64,000 bases of DNA, taken from an uncultured Prevotella sp. Its GTDB lineage: Bacteria; Bacteroidota; Bacteroidia; Bacteroidales; Bacteroidaceae. The notes beneath the pieces were generated by a model. The model saw only the letters and a list, made by a program, of their open reading frames with translations. It had not been told where the DNA came from and did no database searches. The position numbers and the translations under genes are program-made. Shown here piece by piece: positions 55,977 to 64,000 of this stretch; the stretch's first letter is position 1; every line of letters starts with the position of its first letter. The stretch lies in NCBI GenBank assembly GCA_964411005.1, contig CAYPJA010000008.1, positions 12,924-76,923 on the forward strand, read 5' to 3'.

Positions 55977-57145
55977 TACACCGCATATTCATAGAGATAC
56001 TTATCACCATCCTGCTGTCGGATCTCTACTTCGACCGCCACTACTTGCGCCATCGGTTCAAAAAACATCCATGGCACCGGATGTGGTGGTGGCTGCCGGC
56101 CTTGATGATGACGGGCTACACCATCGGTTTGGCCTCGCTGAAGACTTTTGCGCCTAAGGACATTGTGTGGCTGGAGGTTTATTTGGCTCTCTATGGTGTC
56201 TTTGTCGCTCCTAAAGCAATCATTGCATTATGCTCTTTTGTCGGGTTGGTGGTCTGTCGTCTCACCCAAAGCCGACGTAACTATGGCAACCTTGTGGGCA
56301 TCCTGCTCAGTTTGGTGGCACTCTATGTCTACTTCTATGGTACGTCGGTGGGCTTCAGAAAGGTGCGCGTCAGGCATATTGAAGTCTGTATGCGCGATTT
56401 ACCACCGGCTTTTGACGGTTACCGCATAGTGCAGTTCTCAGACGCTCATGTGGGCACCTATCGTGACGGACGCCGTAAGACGTTGCAGCGTGACATTGAC
56501 AGCATCAACGCACAGCATGCCGACATGATAGTCTTCACCGGCGACCTGCAGAATATTCTGCCCGACGAGGTGCGCCCGTTCAGACAGTTGCTCGCGTCAC
56601 TGAAGGCACGGGATGGTGTCTATTCGGTGCTGGGCAATCACGACTATGGCATGTATGTGGAGGCACCGGAGGCTGTCAAGCGGGCCAACGAGCGTGAACT
56701 GCAACAGCTGGAGCGGCAGATGGGCTGGCGTCTGATGATGAACGAGCATGCCGTCGTGCGACGGGGGCAGGACTCCATCGTCATAGCCGGCGAGGAAAAC
56801 GATGGGCGCGCGCCGTTCCCACAGCGTGCCGATTTGCAGAGAACGCTACGAGGAGTCGATGGAGATGCTTTCGTAGTGCTGCTTCAGCACGATCCTACGG
56901 CCTGGCGACGCGACATTTTGCCCAACTCAAACGTACAGCTGACCTTGAGCGGACACACCCATGGCGGCCAAATCAGCCTCTTCGGCTGGAGACCGACGCG
57001 TTTTACTTATCAAGAAGATTATGGACTCTACGACGAGGGCGGTCGCAAACTTTACGTCTCGTGCGGCATGGGGGCGCTGATACCGTTCCGATTCAACATG
57101 CCTGCCGAGATTGCTGTCATCACCCTTCGCAGGGGAAATTCGTAA
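55973..57145 (+). CDS. Membrane-anchored metallophosphoesterase
   Basis: SD.H, TGD, GNHD, H.P, GHTHGGQ motifs. Confidence 0.9.
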   Translation: MIHRIFIEILITILLSDLYFDRHYLRHRFKKHPWHRMWWWLPALMMTGYTIGLASLKTFAPKDIVWLEVYLALYGVFVAPKAIIALCSFVGLVVCRLTQSRRNYGNLVGILLSLVALYVYFYGTSVGFRKVRVRHIEVCMRDLPPAFDGYRIVQFSDAHVGTYRDGRRKTLQRDIDSINAQHADMIVFTGDLQNILPDEVRPFRQLLASLKARDGVYSVLGNHDYGMYVEAPEAVKRANERELQQLERQMGWRLMMNEHAVVRRGQDSIVIAGEENDGRAPFPQRADLQRTLRGVDGDAFVVLLQHDPTAWRRDILPNSNVQLTLSGHTHGGQISLFGWRPTRFTYQEDYGLYDEGGRKLYVSCGMGALIPFRFNMPAEIAVITLRRGNS

Positions 57146-57194
57146 AAAAAAGTGTATTCCATCATTTAGTAATAACTATCAACCATCAGCAATA

Positions 57195-57953
57195 ATGAAA
57201 TATCTCTATCGCACTTATCAACTTTGCATCTTTCTGCCGTTGTTTCTGATAGCTTCCATCATCACGGCACTGGTCACCATTGTCGGCTGCTTTTTGGGCA
57301 ATGGTCATTTTTGGGGCTACTGGCCCGGCCGCTTGTGGTCGCGCTTCACCGTGCGTCTGCTTTGGCTGCCCGTCCGTGTGGAGGGGCGCGAGCACCTAAA
57401 GGAAGGGCAGAGCTATGTCTTTGTGTCCAACCATCAAGGGGCGTTCGATATTTTCTTGATTTACGGATTCCTCGGACGTAATTTCAAGTGGATGATGAAG
57501 CGATCGCTGCGCAAGATTCCATTCATTGGGGCCGCCTGTGAAGCGGCTCATCACATCTTTGTCGACAGGAGCGGGGCAAGCAAGATTCGCCGCACCTACG
57601 ACGAGGCACGGGGGATTCTGAAGGAAGGTATGTCGCTCGTGGTCTTCCCAGAGGGCAGCCGCACCTTCACCGGACACATGGGAAAGTTTCGTCGGGGGGC
57701 TTTCATGTTGGCCGATGAACTGCAACTGCCGGTCTGCCCACTGACCATCAACGGGTCGTTTAATGTGATGCCGCGCATGCGCGACTGGCGTTGGGTGACA
57801 TGGCATCCGCTGCGCCTCACCATCCATGAGCCGATTGCTGTCACGGGAACGGGACGCGACTACATTAAGCACATCGAAGAGGAAAGCTATCGGGTGGTGA
57901 TGAGTGGTTTGGAAAAGGAACATCAGGGATATGTGGAAAATCCGGATCAGTGA
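57195..57953 (+). CDS. 1-acyl-sn-glycerol-3-phosphate acyltransferase family
   Basis: NHQ..FD, F.DR, FPEGSR motifs. Confidence 0.9.
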   Translation: MKYLYRTYQLCIFLPLFLIASIITALVTIVGCFLGNGHFWGYWPGRLWSRFTVRLLWLPVRVEGREHLKEGQSYVFVSNHQGAFDIFLIYGFLGRNFKWMMKRSLRKIPFIGAACEAAHHIFVDRSGASKIRRTYDEARGILKEGMSLVVFPEGSRTFTGHMGKFRRGAFMLADELQLPVCPLTINGSFNVMPRMRDWRWVTWHPLRLTIHEPIAVTGTGRDYIKHIEEESYRVVMSGLEKEHQGYVENPDQ

Positions 57954-58050
57954 CCTTATAGTTTTGTAAAAGGTTAAAAAACTGCGTCTATCCTTTGCCT
58001 TTCCATCCATTTGCATTATCTTTGCATTCTTAAACCATCACAATATCACA

Positions 58051-58809
58051 ATGAGTGAGCATTTGAGCGATTCGGTCGTCATCATCCCGACCTACAACGA
58101 GAAGGAGAATATAGAGAAAATCATCCGGGCCGTCTTTGCACTGGAGAAGGTCTTCCATATCCTTATCATCGATGATGGTAGCCCTGATGGTACGGCTCAT
58201 ATCGTGAAGGACCTGATGAAACGAGAGTTCGGCGACCGCCTGTTCCTCATCGAGCGTAGTGGAAAGCAAGGTCTTGGTACGGCTTATATCAAGGGTTTCA
58301 AGTGGGCGTTGGATCGGAAGTACGATTATGTCTTCGAGATGGATGCCGACTTCAGCCACAATCCCAACGATCTGCCCCGCCTCTACGAGGCCACTCACGG
58401 AGAAGGCTACGATGTGGCAGTGGGATCCCGATATGTATGTGGCGTCAATGTGGTCAACTGGCCCATCGGTCGCGTGCTGATGAGCTATTTTGCCTCGCAG
58501 TATGTCAGGTTTGTCACGGGCTTCAAGGTGCATGACACTACGGCTGGATTTGTCTGCTACAAGCGGCGTGTGCTGGAGACGATTCCCCTTGACCAGATTC
58601 GCTTCAAGGGTTATGCTTTCCAGATCGAAATGAAGTATACGGCCTACAAGATTGGCTTCAAGATCAAGGAAGTCTCGGTGGTCTTTGTCAACCGGCGCGA
58701 AGGCACAAGCAAGATGAGCGGTGGCATTTTCAGTGAGGCTTTCTTCGGCGTCATCCGCTTGCGCCTTGACGGATGGTTCCGCAAGTATCCGAAAATAGAG
58801 AAGAAGTGA
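58051..58809 (+). CDS. Polyprenol monophosphomannose synthase (GT2)
   Basis: IPTYNE.EN, DDGSPDGT, GLGTAY, MDADFSH, GSRY, FQIE motifs. Confidence 0.9.
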   Translation: MSEHLSDSVVIIPTYNEKENIEKIIRAVFALEKVFHILIIDDGSPDGTAHIVKDLMKREFGDRLFLIERSGKQGLGTAYIKGFKWALDRKYDYVFEMDADFSHNPNDLPRLYEATHGEGYDVAVGSRYVCGVNVVNWPIGRVLMSYFASQYVRFVTGFKVHDTTAGFVCYKRRVLETIPLDQIRFKGYAFQIEMKYTAYKIGFKIKEVSVVFVNRREGTSKMSGGIFSEAFFGVIRLRLDGWFRKYPKIEKK

Positions 58810-58925
58810 GGCACGACGCTTTCACGCAATAGCTATCGAGGCTGGCGACAGGGATTTGTGTTGGCTCTCATGATCGTCAGGGACGTAGGAGAGGAGGAGT
58901 TGGTGAGACAGAAACCGAGGATAAC

Positions 58926-61900
58926 TTGGAAATAGATAAGATTCTTCAACTTTATGGAGCGACATCCCAGGCGGGTGCGCTCGTCAAAATGCTGGAAGAC
59001 AAGTCTGTGCACGACGTTTTCCTGCAGGGATTAGTGGCTTCGGCCACACCGATGCTCTTTGCCGCGGTGGCTCCGAAACTGCACAATACATTTGTTTTTA
59101 TTCTGCCCGATGCCGATGAGGCCGGCTATTTCTACCATGACTTGAAGCAGATGTTGGGCACCGTAGATGTGCTCTTCTTCCCTTCGGGCTATCGGCGTGC
59201 GGTCAAATATGGCCAGCGTGACGCGGCCAGTGAAATACTGCGCACGGAGGTGCTTACACGCCTCTCGGCACGGCACGACGCCACTGACGGCAATAGCAGT
59301 GCTCTCTATATCGTCACCTACCCGGAGGCCATAGCGCAACTTGTGGTCTCGAAGCGTCAGCTCGACGACCGTCGTGTCAGTCTTAAGACAGGACAGCACG
59401 TCGGACTCACCGATGTGGAGCACCGCTTGCGTCAATTGGGCTTCCAGCAGCAGGACTATGTTTACGAGCCCGGTCAGTTTGCCGTGCGCGGAAGCATACT
59501 GGATGTCTACTCTTTTTCGTGCGAACTGCCTTACCGTATTGACTTCTTTGGCGATGAGGTCGATACCATCCGAACCTTTGAGGTGGAGGACCAATTGTCG
59601 AAAGAGCGCAAGCAGGAGATAGAGATTGTGCCGGATTTGGTCGTAACTGATGCAGGGAAACAACCATTCCTCAATTTTCTGCCCGCCGACACGTTGCTTG
59701 TGATGAAAGACATGACCTATCTGCGCGATACCATTGGACGCATTTACGAGGACGGTTTCTCGCAACAGGCCTTGACAGAACGTCTGGAGGGATCTACAGA
59801 AATGGAGCGGCAGCAGATTCTGCGCGATATGCGACGCGAGAGTGTCTTGCTCACGGCATCACAATTTGTCGATGCGGCTATGCCGTTTCGACATATTGAG
59901 ATTGGACACCAAGCCTCCTTCACACCACAAGCTACGATTCGGTTTGACATCTCCCCACAACCACTGTTCCATAAGAACTTCGACTTGCTTCGCCAGTCGC
60001 TGGAGGACTATCTGCTGAAAGGCTACCATCTCTATATTCTTGCTGACAGCCAGAAACAGCAAGAACGCTTGCGTGACATCTTCGACAGTATGGGTGGTGG
60101 CTCGTCCGGTAGCGAACAGTCGTCGGGAACCATGCGTCTGAAGGATGGTGAGTGGGTTCAACAACCTGCCATTGCGTTTACCCCCGTTGCCAAGACGGTG
60201 CATGAGGGATTTGCCGACAACACTTTGCGCGCCTGCTTCTTCACTGACCATCAGATTTTTGACCGCTTTCATAAGTATAGCCTGCGCTCTGACCGTGCAC
60301 GCTCTGGCAAGATGGCACTGACGATGAAGGAACTGCAAGAGATGGATCCAGGAGACTATATCGTGCATGTCGACTTTGGAATCGGCCGATTCGGCGGGTT
60401 GGTGCGTCTGCCCAGTCCTGGTGGAGGCTATCAGGAGGTGATACGCATCATCTACCAACATGGTGACAAGGTAGACGTATCCATCCATTCGCTCTACAAA
60501 ATATCCAAGTATCGCAGTAGTGCAACTGGCGAGCCACCGCGGCTGTCGACGCTCGGCACTGGTGCTTGGGAACGGCTCAAGGAGAAGACCAAGAAGAAAA
60601 TCAAGGATATTGCCCGCGATCTTATCAAGCTCTATGCCAAGCGTCGTCACGAGAAGGGATTTGCTTTCAGTGCCGACTCTTTCATGCAGCATGAGTTGGA
60701 GGCCAGTTTCCTCTATGAGGACACGCCTGACCAGCTCAAGGCAACGCAGGACGTGAAGGCTGATATGGAGAGTCCGCGGCCCATGGACCGTCTCATCTGT
60801 GGTGATGTCGGGTTCGGAAAGACGGAAGTGGCTGTCCGTTCAGCTTTCAAGGCGGCAGCCGACTCGAAGCAGGTAGCAGTGCTTGTGCCAACGACGGTAC
60901 TGGCCTATCAGCACTATCAGACGTTCCGCTCGCGCTTGAAAGACTTCCCCGTGCGGGTGGACTACCTGTCGCGTGCGAGAACGGCCAAGCAGACAAAACA
61001 AGTGTTGGACGATTTGGAGGCGGGCAGGATTGATATCATTATTGGTACGCACAAACTTATCGGAAAATCCGTGAGGTGGCACGACCTCGGACTGCTTATC
61101 ATTGACGAGGAGCAGAAGTTTGGTGTGGCCACCAAAGAGAAACTGCGCAAGCTGAAGTCCAATATAGACACGCTCACCATGTCGGCCACACCTATACCTC
61201 GCACTTTGCAGTTCTCCTTGATGGGGGCGCGAGATATGAGCATCATCCGCACTCCGCCTCCCAACCGATACCCCATTCATACAGAGCTGGATACCTACGG
61301 TCATGAAATTATTGCCGATGCCATTGGCTTTGAGATGAGCCGCAACGGGCAGGTCTATTTTGTCAACAGCCGAATAGCCCAGCTCGTGGAGATCGACCGT
61401 TTGATTCACCAGTATGTGCCTGACTGCCGTGTTGCGATTGCACATGGACAAATGCCACCGGAGCAACTGGAAAAAATCATCGTGGAATTTATCAATTACG
61501 ACTATGACGTGCTGCTCTCCACGACTATCGTCGAGAACGGCATTGATATTCCCAATGCCAACACCATTATCATCAATGACGCGCAACGCTTCGGATTGAG
61601 CGACCTCCATCAGATGCGGGGACGTGTGGGACGCAGCAATCGGAAGGCTTTCTGCTATCTGCTTGCGCCGCCGAAGAGTGTGCTCAATGTCGATGCGCGT
61701 CGGCGTTTGGAGGCACTGGAGAATTTCTCGGATTTGGGAAGCGGATTCGCTCTCGCCATGCAGGACCTTGACATCCGTGGGGCTGGTAATCTGTTGGGGG
61801 CGGAACAGAGTGGATTCATGGAGGATCTAGGCTATGAGACCTATCAGAAGATACTTAGTCAGGCGGTCACTGAACTTAAAAATGATGAGTTTGGCGACCT

Positions 61901-62402
61901 TTATGCCGACGAGATGGCACAAGGAAAAGATGTGGGCGGTGATGAGTTTGTCGACGATTGTTCCGTAGAAAGTGATCTCCAGACGTATTTCCCCGACACC
62001 TATGTGCCTGGTAGCAGTGAGCGTATGCTGCTCTATCGTGAGCTGGACAATATGGTCGACGACGACCAACTTGCCGCCTATCGTCGACGTCTTGTCGACC
62101 GCTTCGGTCCTGTGCCCCACGAGGGTGAGGAACTTATGCGCGTGGTGACGTTGCGTCGTTTGGGCCGCCGTCTAGGTTGTGAGCGTATCATTCTGAAGCA
62201 AGGTAGGATGGGCATGCAGTTTGTTTCCAATTCTGACAGTGCCTATTACAAGAGTCAGACCTTTGGACGTGTGCTTGACTTTATCGCAGTCCATGCCCGT
62301 CGTTGTGACCTGCGGGAAGTGAAGGGGCGTCGCATGATGCATGTGGCCAATGTGCATTCGGTTGAGGAGGCTGTAGCCTTGTTGAGAGAGATGGACAAAT
62401 GA
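58926..62402 (+). CDS. mfd: Transcription-repair coupling factor
   Basis: RG.ILD, VH..FGIG.F, GDVGFGKTEVA, DEEQKFG, SATPIPRT, QMRGRVGR, DRFG motifs. Confidence 0.96.
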   Translation: MEIDKILQLYGATSQAGALVKMLEDKSVHDVFLQGLVASATPMLFAAVAPKLHNTFVFILPDADEAGYFYHDLKQMLGTVDVLFFPSGYRRAVKYGQRDAASEILRTEVLTRLSARHDATDGNSSALYIVTYPEAIAQLVVSKRQLDDRRVSLKTGQHVGLTDVEHRLRQLGFQQQDYVYEPGQFAVRGSILDVYSFSCELPYRIDFFGDEVDTIRTFEVEDQLSKERKQEIEIVPDLVVTDAGKQPFLNFLPADTLLVMKDMTYLRDTIGRIYEDGFSQQALTERLEGSTEMERQQILRDMRRESVLLTASQFVDAAMPFRHIEIGHQASFTPQATIRFDISPQPLFHKNFDLLRQSLEDYLLKGYHLYILADSQKQQERLRDIFDSMGGGSSGSEQSSGTMRLKDGEWVQQPAIAFTPVAKTVHEGFADNTLRACFFTDHQIFDRFHKYSLRSDRARSGKMALTMKELQEMDPGDYIVHVDFGIGRFGGLVRLPSPGGGYQEVIRIIYQHGDKVDVSIHSLYKISKYRSSATGEPPRLSTLGTGAWERLKEKTKKKIKDIARDLIKLYAKRRHEKGFAFSADSFMQHELEASFLYEDTPDQLKATQDVKADMESPRPMDRLICGDVGFGKTEVAVRSAFKAAADSKQVAVLVPTTVLAYQHYQTFRSRLKDFPVRVDYLSRARTAKQTKQVLDDLEAGRIDIIIGTHKLIGKSVRWHDLGLLIIDEEQKFGVATKEKLRKLKSNIDTLTMSATPIPRTLQFSLMGARDMSIIRTPPPNRYPIHTELDTYGHEIIADAIGFEMSRNGQVYFVNSRIAQLVEIDRLIHQYVPDCRVAIAHGQMPPEQLEKIIVEFINYDYDVLLSTTIVENGIDIPNANTIIINDAQRFGLSDLHQMRGRVGRSNRKAFCYLLAPPKSVLNVDARRRLEALENFSDLGSGFALAMQDLDIRGAGNLLGAEQSGFMEDLGYETYQKILSQAVTELKNDEFGDLYADEMAQGKDVGGDEFVDDCSVESDLQTYFPDTYVPGSSERMLLYRELDNMVDDDQLAAYRRRLVDRFGPVPHEGEELMRVVTLRRLGRRLGCERIILKQGRMGMQFVSNSDSAYYKSQTFGRVLDFIAVHARRCDLREVKGRRMMHVANVHSVEEAVALLREMDK

Positions 62403-63145
62403 TGATGATAATGGGCAAGAAAATGAAGATGCGAGTGATTGTGATGGGTGCGAGCAGTGGCATGGGGCATGAGGTGGCTCGGCTATTCATGGAGAAAGGA
62501 TGGGTTGTGGGCGTGGCAGCGCGCCGCACTGACCGCTTGATGGATCTGCACGCTGACTTTGTGGAGCGCATTGATGTCACAGATAGTGGTGCCGACGGGC
62601 AGTTGCGTGACCTAATCAATCGCATGGGTGGCATAGACCTTTACTTGCATGTTGCGGGAATTGGCAAGCAGAACCGTATGTTGAAGTCTGACATTGAGAT
62701 GTCGACTGTTGCAACAAACGGTTTGGGATTCGTGCGTATGATAGGGGAGGCCTATCGCTATTTTTCGCAAAAAGGGAGCGGGCACATCGCCTGTGTTTCT
62801 TCTATCGCCGGTACCAAGGGGCTTGGCCCGGCTCCGGCTTATTCGGCCACCAAAGCCTTACAGAATGTTTATATGCAAGCCTTAGAGCAGCAGGCCCGTG
62901 CCCGTGGACTCGATATTAGCTTCACGGACATTCGCCCTGGTTTCGTCGACACAGACCTTCTTCATGATGGTCATCATTATCCTTTTCTCATTAGCCGTGA
63001 GAAGGCCGCGTGCGCCATTGTTAAAGCCATCGAGAATCATCGACATGTTTGTGTTGTAGATGGATGTTGGCGCATTATAACGGCTCTTTGGCGGCTCGTT
63101 CCTACCGCAGTTTGGCGTCGTATGTCTTTGGTGAAGTATCGTTAA
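62399..63145 (+). CDS. SDR-family oxidoreductase
   Basis: GASSGMG, SS.AG, YSATK, PGFVDT motifs. Confidence 0.9.
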   Translation: MMMIMGKKMKMRVIVMGASSGMGHEVARLFMEKGWVVGVAARRTDRLMDLHADFVERIDVTDSGADGQLRDLINRMGGIDLYLHVAGIGKQNRMLKSDIEMSTVATNGLGFVRMIGEAYRYFSQKGSGHIACVSSIAGTKGLGPAPAYSATKALQNVYMQALEQQARARGLDISFTDIRPGFVDTDLLHDGHHYPFLISREKAACAIVKAIENHRHVCVVDGCWRIITALWRLVPTAVWRRMSLVKYR

Positions 63146-63190
63146 CTTCCTTTCCTCTTTATGCCATTGAGGATTCATTCTTTCTTTCCC

Positions 63191-64000
63191 TCATGCATCC
63201 TCAAACGGAATCCATCCTTCTGTCCATGTTTTTGTGGCGGGGGTGGATGTGTGTCGGCTGACAGAGAGCCCCAGTAGCCGGACGGGGCGGATGGGGGAGC
63301 AGTCGACTTGTTCCAACAGACGTTTTGCTAAAGGCAGAATATTGGCTTTTCCTCGGAGTATTTGTGAAGTTGTTATGGAACGCGTGATTTGGGAAAAGTC
63401 GTTGTATTTGATTTTCAGTGTCAACGTCTTTCCCTCAAACTGCGATTCGTGAATGCGTCGGACAAGTTCGATAACGGTGTGATAGAGTTCGATAATCAAA
63501 CTGGACTGAAGTGTGAGGTCTTGCAGGAAAGTCTGTTCGCAACCTACTGATTTTCGTTCGTGTTCTACAATAACAGGTCGGTCGTCGATGCCACGGGCAA
63601 AGTTGTAGTAGACAGGGCCGGTTTTGCCAAAGACCTCTGTGAGATGGTGTAGCGATACGTCGCGTAGTTGCTGGCCGTTGTAGATTCCCATCTGATGCAT
63701 TCTCGCCGCTGTCTTCGGCCCGATTCCCCAGAACTTTTCGATGGGCAGACGGGCTATGAAGTTGATGGCGCGGTCGGGGTGTATGACGAAGAGTCCGTCG
63801 GGTTTGTGGTAGTCGGAGGCTATCTTGGCCAGCAACTTGTTATAGCTCACGCCCGCCGATGCCGTGAGCCTCAGCTCATGGTAGATGCGCTCCTTGATTT
63901 CTCTGGCGATGTCAACCGCCAAGGTGATGCCTCTTTTGTTCTCGGTTACGTCGAGAAAGGCCTCATCGATGCTCAGGGGCTCGATAAAGTCGGTGTAGTC
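63191..64000 (-). CDS. dinB: DNA polymerase IV (5' end outside the window)
   Basis: EPLSIDEAFLD, SAGVSYNKLLAKIASD..KPDG, WGIG, KSVG.E.TF, RLLG motifs. Confidence 0.95.
   Translation of the reverse strand, partial: DYTDFIEPLSIDEAFLDVTENKRGITLAVDIAREIKERIYHELRLTASAGVSYNKLLAKIASDYHKPDGLFVIHPDRAINFIARLPIEKFWGIGPKTAARMHQMGIYNGQQLRDVSLHHLTEVFGKTGPVYYNFARGIDDRPVIVEHERKSVGCEQTFLQDLTLQSSLIIELYHTVIELVRRIHESQFEGKTLTLKIKYNDFSQITRSITTSQILRGKANILPLAKRLLEQVDCSPIRPVRLLGLSVSRHTSTPATKTWTEGWIPFEDA

Noticed and set aside
1-64000. Prophage, IS, retron, DGR or invertible shufflon
   Set aside because: No integrase, transposase, reverse transcriptase, phage structural gene or template/variable repeat pair recognised.

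Overview
This 64-kb window looks like a Prevotella-type (Bacteroidota) chromosome. The evidence is TAnnTTTG -7 promoters, AT-rich initiation regions, a T9SS C-terminal signal and typical gene content. Most of it is housekeeping or envelope genes: frr, rsmA, pepD, corA, pepT, tRNA-Arg(CCG), asnA, mnmA, lptD, dnaX, pyrC, mfd and dinB. It also has glycoside hydrolases, a TonB receptor/HMA pair, an SPFH-RHH operon, and an EcoRI-family methyltransferase + DUF262/HNH nuclease cassette. The most interesting signals are non-coding. (1) The ~330-nt leader of the MTase/nuclease cassette has the target1-antisense RNA-target2 layout of phage P1 C4 / P4 CI switches. (2) Two unannotated ~31-32 aa hydrophobic proteins 30 kb apart share a promoter layout, with Crp/Fnr-type boxes 61-62 bp upstream of the -7 element. 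(3) A leader-peptide switch with competing helices precedes corA. (4) A 'promoter - tiny hairpin - 22-bp periodic array' element occurs three times. (5) Several intergenic regions form large G-U-rich structures. (6) dnaX has an in-frame A_AAA_AAG site. All family assignments come from motif recognition by eye, with no database searches.
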